Positions 50,806 through 61,374 of a DNA stretch of 64,000 nucleotides are shown piece by piece. The translations under genes were made by a program, and so were the position numbers. The notes below the pieces were generated by a model, which saw only the letters and a list, made by a program, of their open reading frames with translations, was not told where the DNA came from and ran no database searches. Positions within the stretch are counted from its first letter, which is position 1; every line of letters begins with the position of its first letter. Origin of the DNA: Spirochaetota bacterium (GTDB lineage: Bacteria > Spirochaetota > UBA4802 > UBA5550); NCBI GenBank assembly GCA_963664815.2, contig CAXXHB010000003.1:3744001-3808000 (forward strand), read 5' to 3'.

Positions 50806-50970
50806 TTACTTTATTCCGCCGACCAGAAGGAAAGTAAGAATAATAAGCACACCGGATGTTGTTGCGACTAATATTGAAGGGAAAAGTATCCATTTATTTT
50901 TAAATCTTATACCTGGGAATATTCCGATGCAACCCGCAAGGAAAATAATAATGAATAGACCAAGATTCAT
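50806..50970 (-). CDS. Small 54-aa membrane protein absent from the ORF track
   Basis: ATG 50970 to TAA 50806: MNLGLFIIIFLAGCIGIFPGIRFKNKWILFPSILVATTSGVLIILTFLLVGGIK; GGTGG RBS-like upstream; two hydrophobic segments around a basic loop. Confidence 0.65.
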   Translation of the reverse strand: MNLGLFIIIFLAGCIGIFPGIRFKNKWILFPSILVATTSGVLIILTFLLVGGIK

Positions 50971-51273
50971 GTTTCCACCGCCTGTGATATTAATACTGAT
51001 TGATTTTGATAATTTTAATAGTAATACCTTCAGAGGAAAAGCGTTAAATTTACAGTTTTAAATATTTCCTCAAAAATAAAGCAAAAAGACTATTGCCGGG
51101 ATTAAGTGAAAAATGTAACCTGTAATTTAATCAAACCTTTTACATTAATGGAGTTTAAAACTATTCCGTGAAAAGTCTTTCAATAAGAGTATAAGCTAAT
51201 ATTTTGCTTAATATTAAAAATCGTTTCACCCGAATGTAAAAAATTACGGAAAAAACTATATAAGGAGTTTAGA

Positions 51274-51786
51274 ATGAAACAATATAAATCTACCTTCATC
51301 TGTCTGCTTATTACTTCGCTTATCATCGGCGCAGTAACAGTTCTTCAAAGTAAACCGGTACAGATAAAATCCCTGCAACCGATACCCCTTGAAATAAAAG
51401 GTAAAATTATCTATATCCGTAAAAACATGTCAATTTCAGAGGTTAAGGCTGCTCTATCGGCATTAATATCGGATGAAGCATCAGTGGATTCAATTGAACG
51501 GCTTCAGTATGATATACAGCTTGTACCAGATGAGGGACCTGTCACAATAGCATTTGATTTTAACAAGAGGGGAATGCTCAGCGGAGTTGTAATTGATTCA
51601 CAATTAAAAGAACAGAACCCTCCGGTAACTGCTCTTCTTATATGGCTGAATAAAAATGCCGGCAAACCAGTTGTCAGGAAAAAAGGATCAATTATCTGGA
51701 ACTTCGAAGGGTGGAGAATTGAACACATTGATAGAGGTTCTGGAGAAGATTCTGTCTACAGAATTGATTTTACTGCCCTGAAATAA
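51274..51786 (+). CDS. Hypothetical exported protein
   Basis: AAGGAG RBS; N-terminal signal or TM segment. Confidence 0.78.
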   Translation: MKQYKSTFICLLITSLIIGAVTVLQSKPVQIKSLQPIPLEIKGKIIYIRKNMSISEVKAALSALISDEASVDSIERLQYDIQLVPDEGPVTIAFDFNKRGMLSGVVIDSQLKEQNPPVTALLIWLNKNAGKPVVRKKGSIIWNFEGWRIEHIDRGSGEDSVYRIDFTALK

Positions 51787-51940
51787 ATTTATAAAAGAAT
51801 TATCTGAATTCAAATTGAATTTATTAAAACATCAGGATCGTAACTGAAATAGCCGGCTGTCTCTGGTTACTTTATATCCATTATTATTAATGTCCATGGT
51901 TTTTTAATCGTTTGGAAGGCGTTAAATGATATTTCTTCAG

Positions 51941-51970
51941 TTTTCCCAAGGGGTAAAACCCCTTTGAAAA
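51941..51970. terminator. Hairpin terminator between convergent genes
   Basis: AAGGGGT-AAA-ACCCCTT flanked by TTTTC/GAAAA. Confidence 0.55.
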
Positions 51971-51982
51971 ACAACGTATATG

Positions 51983-52978
51983 TTAATGTACAATTTTCTC
52001 AAGAAGAAGATCTATATACAGCTCCAGATTCTCCATGCTCTCAACTATTTCGTATTCAAGAATATCAGCAAGACTTATCATATCATTATTCTCCATAACA
52101 TCAACAGTCTCATTCAGCAATATCTGCAGCTCACGGTTTTTTTCTTCAAGTGATTCGTCACCAAGAATAATGTCAGCAAGCGATATGTCAAAAACCGGAG
52201 ATATCTGGTAGCATGTCCTGGTATAATTAAACATAAAATCTATAAAATTAAAAAGCTGCTCCATTCCCTGATTATCATTACCGGACTGGTACGATATAGC
52301 GGCTTTTTCAAGAACCGTTTTCTGTTCAGGAAGGCGTTCTTTGATTTCCTTAAGCGAATTGATGAGAACATCGGGAGAGTCGATGCTTTCAATTATAAGT
52401 CTCTTCATCTCATCACTAACAAGAAAGATGTGAAATATTTCCCTTAGATTAATAAACAATGAGTCTTCAATATCTATTTCACCGTCTTCTTTCATTTCTG
52501 CAATAAATTTCACAACCCTGTGCCTTAATTCATCAAGCATTTTAACATAATTGTCAATGGTTGAATCGCGGTATTTTGTCTTTTCCAGATCCATCCCCAA
52601 AAGGCCGGAAATAGTAGGGAAAACCTCCTGAAGCCACTCAACACCGGAGATAAGATCTTCAAGTTCTTCGGTATCCATGGGCTCGTCTTCCAGCTGTTGA
52701 AGAAAATCTATAACTCTGTCACAGTAGAAAATTCCCTCATTAACTGTTTCATAAACTACATCAGCTCTCGACTGCACCAGGCAATTTATTGAACCGATAT
52801 TCTCAATAAGAGAGTCCGGCGCATCTTCAATATGATATTCTGTACCATCAATATCTATTCCTGAAAAAATCAGGTTTTTCTGATTAATCCATCCTGTAAT
52901 TGAATTGATTACATCATTTATAGTCTTTTCATTCTCGAGAACTATCTCGACGGGATAATTGTTTATCCTGATTTCCAT
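51983..52978 (-). CDS. Acidic helical hypothetical protein downstream of fliD
   Basis: GGAGGG RBS, 21 nt after fliD; C-terminal D.ISLADILEYE. Confidence 0.8.
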   Translation of the reverse strand: MEIRINNYPVEIVLENEKTINDVINSITGWINQKNLIFSGIDIDGTEYHIEDAPDSLIENIGSINCLVQSRADVVYETVNEGIFYCDRVIDFLQQLEDEPMDTEELEDLISGVEWLQEVFPTISGLLGMDLEKTKYRDSTIDNYVKMLDELRHRVVKFIAEMKEDGEIDIEDSLFINLREIFHIFLVSDEMKRLIIESIDSPDVLINSLKEIKERLPEQKTVLEKAAISYQSGNDNQGMEQLFNFIDFMFNYTRTCYQISPVFDISLADIILGDESLEEKNRELQILLNETVDVMENNDMISLADILEYEIVESMENLELYIDLLLEKIVH

Positions 52979-52999
52979 ATATATTCCCTCCGGAGTTTG

Positions 53000-55012
53000 C
53001 TATTGTTTACCGCCGCTGTTACCGCCGCCCATCTGATTATTCATCCAGTTCTGCTGTGATTTGGAGCCTGAGATTGATTTCTCCATGGTCGCAAATTTCT
53101 TTCTCAGTTTTTCTTCAAATGTTTTCAGATGTGTTTCATGTTTCTTTATTTTTTCATCTGCCATCTTTATTGACACATCTTCATATTCAATTTTTGATGC
53201 AATAATATTTTTCCCGGATGATATGTATGGATCTATTGTCCTGACAAGAGTATAAGCCATTCCGTTATCAATTTTATTATCACCATCGTTATCCGAACCG
53301 AAAAAACTTTTAACTCCTTCCGGATTTTCAAGAATTACCTTGCGTAATTCATCCTCATCCATTACAAGTTTTCCCTCTTTGATAGTTTGCCAGTTCGAAT
53401 TTACTTTCCCGGAAGAAACTCCCATCTGATTAAACATTTTGATCGGTTTTTCCTCTCTGCTGGGATATGCACCTCCAACTGAAGTTTTGATTGAATTCTC
53501 CAGCCTTACCATCATCATATCGCCGACAAGAATACCGCTTTCATCAAGCTTCTCCGACTGCCCTGGCTTGTCAACCTTAACTGTCTTTGTTAGACTTTTA
53601 TTAAGATCAACATATGAATTATATACTTCAATGAAAGCTTTTATTTTAAGGATCGGCTTATCTATATCCTGTAATGTTTTTAATTCAATGGGATTTTCCG
53701 ACTTCCTTTTAAGGTTCAAAGTCAGGCCTTTTATTACATCAGCAAGCGCGTCATTTTTATCCCTTTCAATTGCAAGCCCATCTACTTTCAGTTTGGCGTT
53801 AGATGCCTCTGCGACAACATTTTTTAACTCAAATTCCCCCTTGGTTTTAACCGGAGTAGATATAACAGGTTCTAAAAAAGAAGCCTCGCCATCATTACAG
53901 TAAAAAATCAGTTTTGAAATCTGTTTCCCGTCAAAATCTCTACCCACGGGTATTTCCTGCGTCTTCGCTGCATCCGCATCAATGGGGTAAATTTTTTCAA
54001 TTCTTTTACCTTTATCAATACTTACAACGCCCAATCCCGTAACAGAATCGAATTTCTTCTCCTCTTTCCTGGTCAACGGCCTCATTCTTGAAACATTATA
54101 CCCCTTAAGAATAATACCTTTAATATTAATCTCATCTTCAGGCCCGGTTTCAATCATGTAAGGAACATTCTCTTCAATTTCCTTTTTGTACCCGAACCCG
54201 AATCTCAGGGAACTGTCTTTATTAATATCAGTTTTTACCGGTATTTCAAACTCCTGCCATAGAAACCCGTTAATTTTTATACTCTTACCATCAGTTCCTA
54301 CATTGAGGGATCCATTCTGCCCTTCGGGTTTTTTTTCACCTTCATAGCCGGAGAAAAATTTCCTGTCAAAAACTACAGGTGTATCATCCTTGCTTTTAAT
54401 TTTTTCGCCAAGAATAAAACCCGCCTCTTTCAGCAGATCTTCACTCCCTCTGATTTTTATCTCACCTTTCTTACCGGGAATTTTAGATGTAAGCCCGATA
54501 ATATAATTTTTATCCCCGGTATTCACATAATCTGAAGAAACAATAGTTGAAGCCTCTTCGCTGATAAATTCATTTAAAAGTTTAAGCTTACCACCTTTAA
54601 AATTTATACTTTTTTCTAAACCGTTTACATCTATAATAATCTTTCCCGAAGGGAGTTTCTTTTCCGAATCAGTTTTGTCTGTAGATATTTTATGATAAGA
54701 TGCAAGCTGAATTACTTCAATTTTTTTTACACCAGGATCAGCCTGTTTTGATGCCGTGGCATCAACCACAGATGTATCGGATGAAATTGATTTTTTCTCA
54801 TCATACGAAGCTCTGAATCCGTACAAATCACGGGCCTTGCTGTCGAGTTCCTTAAGAGCTGAACTTAGCTTGCCTAAAGCTTCTTTTTTCTGATTATTTA
54901 CAAGCTTGTTTCTCTGAAGCTGCTTTATCGGCTGCGCTTCAACATCTACCAGCTTGCTTATGATGGAATCGGTATCCACTCCCGAAGCCATTCCGCCCAT
55001 TGTTACCGGCAT
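53000..55012 (-). CDS. fliD: Flagellar filament cap protein
   Basis: GMASGVDTDSIISKLV, IEVIQLA, NA.LKVDG..IER..N, FIE.YN, LRKKFATMEK.I. Confidence 0.93.
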   Translation of the reverse strand: MPVTMGGMASGVDTDSIISKLVDVEAQPIKQLQRNKLVNNQKKEALGKLSSALKELDSKARDLYGFRASYDEKKSISSDTSVVDATASKQADPGVKKIEVIQLASYHKISTDKTDSEKKLPSGKIIIDVNGLEKSINFKGGKLKLLNEFISEEASTIVSSDYVNTGDKNYIIGLTSKIPGKKGEIKIRGSEDLLKEAGFILGEKIKSKDDTPVVFDRKFFSGYEGEKKPEGQNGSLNVGTDGKSIKINGFLWQEFEIPVKTDINKDSSLRFGFGYKKEIEENVPYMIETGPEDEINIKGIILKGYNVSRMRPLTRKEEKKFDSVTGLGVVSIDKGKRIEKIYPIDADAAKTQEIPVGRDFDGKQISKLIFYCNDGEASFLEPVISTPVKTKGEFELKNVVAEASNAKLKVDGLAIERDKNDALADVIKGLTLNLKRKSENPIELKTLQDIDKPILKIKAFIEVYNSYVDLNKSLTKTVKVDKPGQSEKLDESGILVGDMMMVRLENSIKTSVGGAYPSREEKPIKMFNQMGVSSGKVNSNWQTIKEGKLVMDEDELRKVILENPEGVKSFFGSDNDGDNKIDNGMAYTLVRTIDPYISSGKNIIASKIEYEDVSIKMADEKIKKHETHLKTFEEKLRKKFATMEKSISGSKSQQNWMNNQMGGGNSGGKQ

Positions 55013-55127
55013 TTTCCCCCCTTAAGATCTTTAAAACTCCGGCTTAATTTAATTATTAATATAACATTCATGCCGGTTAAAAACCACAAAAAGGATCGAA
55101 TTTGAAATCTGATTCTCTCCATTCATT

Positions 55128-55155
55128 ATATCGGAGTTATTTGAGTTATTTATTA
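55128..55155 (-). promoter_or_regulatory. Possible sigma28 (FliA) promoter for fliD
   Basis: -10-like TCCGATAT with TAATAAA upstream; spacing not exactly canonical. Confidence 0.4.
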
Positions 55156-55297
55156 GAATAAAGTGACATTAAAAAAAGAAAGGTGAGCATAAGTTGCCGG
55201 GAGCACTAAAAATCAACGTAATTCAGAAAGGATAATACTTTCACGCCCCGTATTTTCAACGGGTTTTTAAAAAAAGAATAAAAATCCAGCCTAAATC

Positions 55298-55648
55298 TTA
55301 TCTGGATTCATCAATAATAAATCCCATATTCTCCTTGAAATGCTCAAGAAGCCTGATGGAATATTTGCCAGGGATCTCACTTATTACTTCATTTGTATCC
55401 CTATCCATCACCTTGATTATCACCCTGTTTGTTTTATGATCAAGGGCAAATTGAACCTTTTCGTTAAAATTTCCACTTAATTTATTCAGTTCATCTACAA
55501 CCTTTTTTACATCTTCCGGGTCTATACTTTTCCTTTCATTCGGAATAGATTCTGATTGTACCGATTGATAAACTTTGTTTCCGTGAAATCCATTTCCGGA
55601 ACTTACTATCTTGCTGTTAAAATTTTCTACAAAATTTATAACATTCAT
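55298..55648 (-). CDS. flaG: Flagellar protein FlaG
   Basis: V..LN......VQF.LD..T..VIIKVMD..T.EVI.EIP, ending GFIIDE.R; located between flaB and fliD. Confidence 0.9.
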   Translation of the reverse strand: MNVINFVENFNSKIVSSGNGFHGNKVYQSVQSESIPNERKSIDPEDVKKVVDELNKLSGNFNEKVQFALDHKTNRVIIKVMDRDTNEVISEIPGKYSIRLLEHFKENMGFIIDESR

Positions 55649-55704
55649 AGTATACCTCCATGTTTAATAAAAACATTTTAAAATTATACATTCCTCCTGT
55701 TCAA

Positions 55705-55743
55705 AAAATTGTTCCCTCTCCGGTTTCCCGGACCGGAGAGGGA
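55705..55743 (-). terminator. Strong hairpin after the second flagellin gene
   Basis: TCCCTCTCCGGT/ACCGGAGAGGGA 12-bp stem; minus-strand tail ACAATTTTTT. Confidence 0.65.
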
Positions 55744-55784
55744 GTCATAATACCGCACTGCCGGTTCATTGACTAAAAGTTTCC

Positions 55785-56627
55785 TTATTCTAACAGTTTC
55801 ATAATAAGCTTAGGCTTGAAATTCGCCTGAGCCAACATCGCAACACCAGTCTGAACAAGGATCTCATCCTTCGTAAAATTAACCATTTCTGCTGCCATAT
55901 CTACATCACGTATTCTTGAATCAGCAGCCTCCATATTCTCATAATTAAGAGACAGCGCTTTTATTGTATTCTCCAGCCTGTTATAATATGCTCCAAGGTC
56001 TGCCCTTTGTCTATTAAGCTTCTCCAAAGCTCCGTCGACATGCCCTATCATGGAGTTCGCCTGCCCGACCGTAGAAATTGAACGCTTCTTACTGTTCTCT
56101 ATTAAATTCAAGGCCTTTGCGCTCATGGTTCCTATGAAAACTCTGATCCTCTGATTACTGTTTGCCCCAACATGAAAAAACATGCTCGCGGTTTTACTTG
56201 TTTTTGCAAATGATCCCGTTAGCATCTTCAACCTGTTGAATTCAGCAGATGTTGAAATACGGTCAATCTCATCAATAAGCTGAGAGACTTCAACCTGGAT
56301 CTGCATCCTGTCGCCGTTGGAATATATTCCATTGGCAGACTGAACCGCAAGAGACCGTACACGCTGCATAATATCGTTAAGCTGCTGGAAAGAACCTTCC
56401 GCGACCTGAATAAAAGAAATCCCGTTCTGGGCGTTCTTTTCCGCCTGTACAAGACCATGAATCTGAGTTCTCATCTTTTCAGATACGGCAAGTCCGGATG
56501 CATCATCCCCCGCCCTGTTTATCATCTCACCGGACGCCAGCTTTTCAATAGACTTATCAAGTCTTGCAGCTACATTCTGCATCTGCCTGTTGGCAAATAT
56601 GGCACTCATGTTATGATTGATTCTCAT
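55785..56627 (-). CDS. flaB: Flagellin (spirochaete FlaB core protein), paralog 2
   Basis: [56 protein letters not shown]. Confidence 0.96.
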   Translation of the reverse strand: MRINHNMSAIFANRQMQNVAARLDKSIEKLASGEMINRAGDDASGLAVSEKMRTQIHGLVQAEKNAQNGISFIQVAEGSFQQLNDIMQRVRSLAVQSANGIYSNGDRMQIQVEVSQLIDEIDRISTSAEFNRLKMLTGSFAKTSKTASMFFHVGANSNQRIRVFIGTMSAKALNLIENSKKRSISTVGQANSMIGHVDGALEKLNRQRADLGAYYNRLENTIKALSLNYENMEAADSRIRDVDMAAEMVNFTKDEILVQTGVAMLAQANFKPKLIMKLLE

Positions 56628-56767
56628 GTTAACCCTCCCTTGGTTTTTTCAAAGCTGCCATTCTTTTATATATACAGCTAAAGTTTTTCAGACGCAACAT
56701 CATGCTGCTGTCTGAGGCTGTTAAGCCCGAAGGTTTTCTCCTTTTAATGTTGCCGGATTGCCCATAA

Positions 56768-56860
56768 TCCATGCAACCATAGACTGCCGAAAATTCTCCG
56801 GCAGTCTATGATGCCCTCCCGGCATCACAGACTGCCGGAAAACCGGCATGTTTGCATGGA
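56768..56860 (-). promoter_or_regulatory. Nested palindromic RNA element with a GGGAG loop between the flagellin genes
   Basis: Four alternating AGACTGCCG/CGGCAGTCT-type arms closed by TCCATGCAA/TTGCATGGA. Confidence 0.6.
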
Positions 56861-56955
56861 ATGAAACAATCCGGTTCCGCCAGGAAGGCACAAGAACCGG
56901 TTAATTTTCAAAGAACAAGTACTCAATTGTACTTCTTCAACTGTATAATGCATAA

Positions 56956-57810
56956 CTAGACAGAACCAAGCAGCCTGAGAACAGATTGACTATTATTATT
57001 CGCATGTGCTAACATTGCGGTACCGCTTTGTACAAGTACCTGATCTTTGGTAAAGCTTACCATCTCTTCAGCCATATCAGCATCTCTTATACGGGACTCA
57101 GATGCCTGGATATTTTCATACGCAGTCATGAGTCCTTTAGCGGCAAAATCAAGCCTGTTAAAATAAGCGCCGAGGTCCGCCCTCTGCTTTGAAAGTCTCT
57201 GCAGTGCGTTATCGAGAACACCAATTGCACCGTTAGAACCTTCCGGCGATTCAAGCGACAAAGCAATTTTTCCTGTGCCATCCTTGAACTTAAAAGACGC
57301 AGCAGTCATAGTCCCAATGTACACTCTCTCCCTCTGGTTCTGATTGGCTCCCATATGAAACCACATGCTTCCCTTGGGGTTTACCTTTGAGAATTCCCCC
57401 ATCAGGACTTTGAATCTGTTGAATTCAGCCTGAGAGGCAACTCTGTCTACTTCACCAACAAGGGCAGATACTTCCACCTGGATAAGCTGTCTGTCTTCAT
57501 GGCTGTAAATACCATTAGCAGACTGGATAGCCAGAACTCTTACCCTCTGGATGATTGCTGATGTCTGATTGAGATATCCTTCAGCCGTCTGGACAAAAGA
57601 CATACCGTCTTCTGTATTCCTTTCAGCCTGTCTGAGCCCATTGACCTGGGTCCTCATTTTTTCAGATACTGCAAGTCCTGACGCATCATCACCAGCTTTG
57701 TTGATTCTTTCTCCTGAAGAGAGTCTTTCCATACTCTTATCTACGTTCCAGTGAGAAAATTTTAATGATCTGTTCGCATTTACCGCGCTCATGTTGTGAT
57801 TGATAATCAT
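56956..57810 (-). CDS. flaB: Flagellin (spirochaete FlaB core protein), paralog 1
   Basis: True start ATG 57810 ([18 protein letters not shown]) with AAAGGAG RBS; conserved flagellin termini; [22 protein letters not shown] is Leptospira-like. Confidence 0.97.
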   Translation of the reverse strand: MIINHNMSAVNANRSLKFSHWNVDKSMERLSSGERINKAGDDASGLAVSEKMRTQVNGLRQAERNTEDGMSFVQTAEGYLNQTSAIIQRVRVLAIQSANGIYSHEDRQLIQVEVSALVGEVDRVASQAEFNRFKVLMGEFSKVNPKGSMWFHMGANQNQRERVYIGTMTAASFKFKDGTGKIALSLESPEGSNGAIGVLDNALQRLSKQRADLGAYFNRLDFAAKGLMTAYENIQASESRIRDADMAEEMVSFTKDQVLVQSGTAMLAHANNNSQSVLRLLGSV

Positions 57811-57815
57811 GTTAC

Positions 57816-57854
57816 ACTCCTTTGTTTCTGTTTGTTTCCGGCTTCCTTGCCGGA
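57816..57854 (-). promoter_or_regulatory. Putative CsrA-binding sites in the flaB leader
   Basis: UCCGGC-AAGGAA-GCCGGA (GGA in a hexaloop) plus a second AAGGA overlapping the SD. Confidence 0.7.
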
Positions 57855-58451
57855 CTGATTCCGAAGGCAGTCGGAAATCAGTCATTTAACTCCGGTTTTA
57901 AAGGCTATCTGACAACAACCGGGATTTTATCATGGACTTCAGAATACGTCCTGAAGCTCATAAAAGAGATCGAGCAGGCAGTATTTACGCTATTATACAG
58001 TTTTCAAAGAACAATAAGCCAGGGGAGACCTTCCCCTGTTCGTATTTTCGCTACCTCTGGCATCTAAATTAAGCCTGATTATATCCATTTATATATGTTT
58101 ATAGATGTTTATATAGATATATATCTACTTTTTAATCGTTTATATCTATATGCCATTTTTTTTCATATTCTCATAATTTTTTTCAATATTAAAAGAACAA
58201 ATCATAATGCAAAACAGAATGCCTCAACAGAATTAGATGAACGGATACATCACAATTAAAATCTTTCATCTTCAATATAAAGCATCAATGAAACCGATCC
58301 CAGATTAAAAAAACTTTGACTATCGAGTAAGGTATCTTCATAAGATATTACTTTTATGGAGACATATAAACTAACTCGATTTCGACTTAAAATAAAATAT
58401 TGACAGTATAAAAAAAGTTATATGAATTGTTTGAAGTAAAATGGTGACATA

Positions 58452-59687
58452 ATGGATGATAGAAAATATATAATACTGCTCGGTGATGGAATGGCCGATC
58501 TCCCGCTTGATGAGCTTGGCGGTAAAACAATTCTTGAATTTTGCAGAACTCCAAACATGGATTTTATGGCACGTAATGGTGTTACAGGTATGACAAAGAC
58601 TGTTCCGAATGGCATGCCACCCGGCAGCGATACTGCCAATCTTTCAATTTTCGGATATGACCCTGCAAAGTGCTTTTCAGGCAGAGCCCCTCTTGAGGCA
58701 ATAAATCTTGGTATCGAACTGGGGCCTAACGATACAGCCTTCCGCTGCAACATAGTTAATGCAGCAGACGGAGTGATGAACGACTTTACCTCAGGGCACA
58801 TCGACACACGGCTTTCGGAGATTATTATAGAAGAGATAATAAATAATACTTCCTTTACAGGAATTGAGTTTTATCCCGGAGTATCATACAGAAACATTAT
58901 GGTATGGAGAAACTACCCCTACAGTGAAATTACAGATACAACTCCACCTCATGATATCCAGACCGAAAAAACCGCCAATTACCTACCTGCAGGATACGGT
59001 TCTGATGTATTGTGTGAATTGATGTCTATTTCAAAATCGATCATCTCAGGTTCTGACGCTGTTAAAAAAGGCCTCAATAAATACCAGGGCTATCCTGAAT
59101 CGATCTGGCTATGGGGTGGCGGCAGGAGACCATCCATGAACACATTGATGGAAAGATATGGATTGTATGGACATACTATTTCAGCAGTAGATCTTATTCA
59201 CGGAATAGGAAAAGCAGCTGGACTCACACCGCTTCACGTTGACGGAGCAACCGGGTACATCGACACCAATTACAGAGGTAAAGCCGATACCCTGCTTAAT
59301 TCACTTGGTGATTCAAATTTTATTTTTCTCCATGTTGAATCTCCAGATGAATCCGGACATGAGGGCAACATTGAGCATAAAATAAAATCCATTGAAGATT
59401 TTGATGCGCAGATTGTTGGTACAATTCTTGATGGGATGAAAAAGTACCCTGATTATACGATACTCGTTATGCCTGACCATCCGACACCGGTTAATATTAG
59501 AACTCATACTCCAGACCCGGTTCCGTTTTGCATATACAGCTATAGCGAAAAATTTCAAGACAGGTTTAAAAAAGAACGGAGAGCATTCAAAGCTGCATCC
59601 TTCTGTGAAAAGGACGCCACATCAACAGGTCTCTTTATTGACCATGCACATGATATACTTAAAATAATGATAAAAGGTTCCATATAA
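58452..59687 (+). CDS. apgM: Cofactor-independent phosphoglycerate mutase (ApgM type)
   Basis: LGDGMAD.P, PGSDTANLSIFGYDP, GRAPLEA, HVESPDESGHEG, PDHPTP, HTPDPVPF. Confidence 0.92.
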   Translation: MDDRKYIILLGDGMADLPLDELGGKTILEFCRTPNMDFMARNGVTGMTKTVPNGMPPGSDTANLSIFGYDPAKCFSGRAPLEAINLGIELGPNDTAFRCNIVNAADGVMNDFTSGHIDTRLSEIIIEEIINNTSFTGIEFYPGVSYRNIMVWRNYPYSEITDTTPPHDIQTEKTANYLPAGYGSDVLCELMSISKSIISGSDAVKKGLNKYQGYPESIWLWGGGRRPSMNTLMERYGLYGHTISAVDLIHGIGKAAGLTPLHVDGATGYIDTNYRGKADTLLNSLGDSNFIFLHVESPDESGHEGNIEHKIKSIEDFDAQIVGTILDGMKKYPDYTILVMPDHPTPVNIRTHTPDPVPFCIYSYSEKFQDRFKKERRAFKAASFCEKDATSTGLFIDHAHDILKIMIKGSI

Positions 59688-59711
59688 ATTTTAGAAAAGA
59701 GGTACTAAAGA

Positions 59712-61187
59712 GTGTTTAAAAAATCTGCCATTATTTCAGCTATAGTAATTGCCATTGCTGTATTCTTCACAATCCTGTTTTTCATAACCAGAGATAAAAC
59801 TGTCGAATCAGCCATCAGAGATTACGAGAATGGCAATTACGTTGATGCGATTATATCTCTCAACAGTTTTATAAAAACTGCAAATTATGAAGACGGGGAA
59901 AAAATCTACTTTTACAGATGTAAATCTCTCAACACACTGGCCGAAAAACTTGCAGAAGACTTTGATGATGAACTGAAAGATTCGGCACTTGAAAACAAGG
60001 AAAAGCCTGAATTTGAAAAATATAAGAACAAAATTGAGAAAAAGCTTTCACGTATCAACAGCAAAACAGGTGGTGATCTTGAATTTATACCTGCCGCAAA
60101 AAAAAGCAGGATAGCACCTAAAGGACTATTCTATAACGAATTCGCATCGAGATATCGTGGAAGCCAGTTTATTGAAGACCTCGATTTTTATGAAATTAAA
60201 AAATCAACGGCTTCTGACCAGGGTAGAGTTTTTGATCATATGAACAGGTTTTATAAGAAGTATCCCGGATCAAACTATACACCACAGATGATATCAATCA
60301 TTTTTAACGCCATAAGGGACGGTGCTTCCGGCATGGAAGCAAACAGCGAGTTTTTGAAAAATATAATTTTCAATTACGCTGCCAAATACCCGACAAGCCA
60401 GGAGGTGTCCCGCCTGTATACATCGGCCGGAGACAGCGTTAACCTGCGAAATTCACCGGGAGTATCCGGAGCTCTTGCAGGTAAAACCGTGAAAGATGAA
60501 CTTCTTGTCCAGATAGAAAAATCAATGGATATGATGCAGGTTGGTGAATCAAGAGATTACTGGTACAAGGTATCAACACTTCGCGGCGTTAAGGGATGGA
60601 TTTTCGGAAAATTTCTGAGACCTCTTGACGTTCAAAGCATAACCATTTCGAATCAGATGGAAATATGGAATGTGGAGGATTATTTCGCAGCATGGTCTGA
60701 TTCACATACACCTGAAAACTGGAACCATGTAAAAGATGCTGATTCTACCACTATCAGCTTTAAAAAAGTTGCATCGGGAAACATTGTAGTATTTAATTCA
60801 AAAGGTATTGCGACTGCCGGACTTTACAGCAGACTCAACACATCAAGAAACTTCAAATTACTGATAAGAGGAAGATTCATCTCCGGCGCACCGGTTTTTC
60901 TTGCTGTTTACTCCATGGAAAGAAGTGAACACTATTATATTAAACTTGAAAGTGAAAAAGTTGACGTAAACGGCCGCAGCATACCAATACACGGAACAGA
61001 CTGGCATAATTACGAACTGGCCTCGGAAGACGGAAAATTTGCCACATTTTCAATCGACGGACAGATGGTTTCTGGACGAATACCAACAGTTACTGACAAT
61101 ACATTCAATGATCGCGGAATTTATATTCTCTATCAGTACGCAGGCGGTGTATCTTCATGCGAGGTTGAGTTTATTAAGATCAGATGA
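59712..61187 (+). CDS. Membrane-anchored protein with TPR-like helices, bacterial SH3 domain and beta-rich C-terminal domain
   Basis: N-terminal TM; VNLRNSPG...YWYKV....VKGWIFGKFL (SH3b); GTG start with GAGG RBS. Confidence 0.8.
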   Translation: MFKKSAIISAIVIAIAVFFTILFFITRDKTVESAIRDYENGNYVDAIISLNSFIKTANYEDGEKIYFYRCKSLNTLAEKLAEDFDDELKDSALENKEKPEFEKYKNKIEKKLSRINSKTGGDLEFIPAAKKSRIAPKGLFYNEFASRYRGSQFIEDLDFYEIKKSTASDQGRVFDHMNRFYKKYPGSNYTPQMISIIFNAIRDGASGMEANSEFLKNIIFNYAAKYPTSQEVSRLYTSAGDSVNLRNSPGVSGALAGKTVKDELLVQIEKSMDMMQVGESRDYWYKVSTLRGVKGWIFGKFLRPLDVQSITISNQMEIWNVEDYFAAWSDSHTPENWNHVKDADSTTISFKKVASGNIVVFNSKGIATAGLYSRLNTSRNFKLLIRGRFISGAPVFLAVYSMERSEHYYIKLESEKVDVNGRSIPIHGTDWHNYELASEDGKFATFSIDGQMVSGRIPTVTDNTFNDRGIYILYQYAGGVSSCEVEFIKIR

Positions 61188-61244
61188 TTCTTTATTATGA
61201 AGCAGTATTTTAATCATATAAATAATTATATTAACAAATATTTC

Positions 61245-61326
61245 CCGTTAGGGGTGCCACTATAAAGTCCTCGCTGAGATTATGCTCTGATGACCTGATC
61301 CGGTTAATACCGGCGGAGGGAAACGG
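61245..61326 (+). ncRNA. TPP riboswitch aptamer (orphan)
   Basis: CCGTT-AGGGGTGC...GCTGAGA...ACCTGATCCGGTTAATACCGGCGGAGGGA-AACGG matches the THI-box consensus; P1 is CCGUU/AACGG. Confidence 0.9.
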
Positions 61327-61337
61327 TTACTATAATG

Positions 61338-61374
61338 CTGTTTTGAACGTCTGTATTACAGATATTCAAAACAG
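61338..61374. terminator. Hairpin downstream of the TPP aptamer
   Basis: CTGTTTTGAA-c-GTCTG...CAGAT-a-TTCAAAACAG; weak U-tract. Confidence 0.5.

Noticed and set aside
57811-57885. 25-aa N-terminal extension of FlaB
   Set aside because: The conserved flagellin start and strong SD place the ATG at 57810.
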